Below, piece after piece: positions 63,213-64,000 of a DNA stretch of 64,000 nt (the stretch's first letter is position 1; each line of letters starts with the position of its first letter). This DNA comes from Takakia lepidozioides (Eukaryota; Plantae; Bryophyta). Position numbers and translations under genes: made by a program. The stretch is from contig JAKLZA010000360.1 of the NCBI GenBank assembly GCA_030704615.1, forward strand, positions 355-64,354. The letters run 5' to 3'. The notes below the pieces were generated by a model. That model saw only the letters and a list, made by a program, of their open reading frames with translations, did not search any database and was not told the DNA's origin.

Positions 63213-63625
63213 GTGGGTGACCCCGCAGCTTGGCCCACCCATCGGTGGGGGAAACTGAAAAGACGGCGGCACCAACAAAGGCGAACGACACCAGGATGTC
63301 CAACGCTCTTGCAATGCCCTGCATAGTGCAAGGTTGCAGGGATGTTCCTCACCCCGGATGGGGCGCATATTTCAGTTGTCAACAGCCGGTCTGCTGCGCG
63401 CAGTTGTGTGATACAATCACGGTTTCACAGTACCCAGCTTGCAACTGTGAGGACTTCCTTGTTATGGAATTGAAGAATGCAGCATACGTCCCCTGCAAAC
63501 ACCTTTTTACATTTTTCTGAAGCGCATGAGTTGCATATCCGCAGTGGACGTCTTCATCCATGCTCCAACACTGAGTTTCAACGAGCTGCACAAGGCCCTA
63601 CGCAGGACACTGGTCGGACTGTTGA
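63213..63625 (+). pseudogene. SWIM zinc-finger ORF with indels (possibly sequence errors)
   Basis: PACNCEDF...PCKHL is retained; several 1-3 bp indels relative to B2. Confidence 0.65.
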
Positions 63626-64000
63626 CATTCCACATTCGGGAAGGGAGGAAAAGTGGCCAATTATATTACATTCATCTTCTTGCACCTATTTTTTTGGAGG
63701 ATTATAACCTTGGTGGTGAAAGAGAATGTGGTTTTTGGCCATGAATGGCATGCGCATGCTTTTTTTATTTTGGTTGTCTACAAATGGATCCGAGTAAAGC
63801 ATACATTGTGTGGAGATTAACGGGCATTGAGGCCTATTTCAGCGCCGTTTGGTCTATGTACTGCATAGTGCTTCCTTGTTACTGCTCTTCATTCAATTTG
63901 TAGTGATTTCGCAGCCCATCCTGGCGTTTCGTCCACCTCTATGAGAAGACTCAATTTGCTACAAATACATTGTTACTGTTCTGCAAATGTTGATGTCTTT

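Larger units (their letters stand above)
54805..64000 (+). mobile_element. Ty3/Gypsy unit 3 (5' part; runs off the window)
   Basis: LTR, PBS, 5' ORF, gag and MULE B3. Confidence 0.92.
58156..64000. mobile_element. MULE-like element B, copy 3 (right end outside the window)
   Basis: TSD AAGAGAACC at 58147-58155, followed by GAGGTTTACTATTTCATGAGC. Confidence 0.9.

Noticed and set aside
63250-64000. Accelerated decay of B3 near the window end
   Set aside because: Dense 1-3 bp indels, many in homopolymers, look like lower consensus quality. They are not interpretable without reads.

Overview
This is eukaryotic nested transposon DNA, most likely from a land plant (spliceosomal introns, Athila/Tat-like retroelement). 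It contains no ordinary host genes. (1) Most of the window (15.9-64 kb) is a head-to-tail array of a Ty3/Gypsy LTR retrotransposon with a period of 19,311 then 20,005 bp, in which neighbouring units share a single 1,090-bp LTR. The unit reads LTR - PBS - extra 5' ORF - gag-pol - large 3' ORF - PPT. Every copy carries the same Mutator-like (MULE) DNA element 'B' inserted in gag, with a 9-bp TSD (AAGAGAACC) and G-rich imperfect TIRs. (2) An inverted 6.5-kb piece of the same retroelement lies at 9367-15909. It is interrupted by a second, related MULE 'A' (1-9366, left end outside the window). (3) The most unusual content is the MULE cargo. Element A carries an intron-containing gene of about 1,300 aa that fuses a ParB/Srx-like domain (VWDGNHRL) to a prokaryote-type beta-class N6A/N4C DNA methyltransferase fold (D-I-P-D motif IV; VLDLICGTG motif I). 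The gene is flanked by dozens of 22-bp palindromes (GGAAATGCGGCRCCGCATTTCC) at a conserved ~53-bp spacing, about 5 helical turns. Element B carries a deleted homologue of the same gene, a different palindrome (GATGAATTTCGGCGCCGAAATTCATC) at ~63-bp spacing, a SWIM-finger ORF, and a conserved unknown ~185-aa protein that A also has. The working hypothesis is a transposon-encoded 'ParB-MTase plus cognate parS-like site array' self-recognition or anti-silencing module. All domain calls come from motif recognition by eye; no searches were run.
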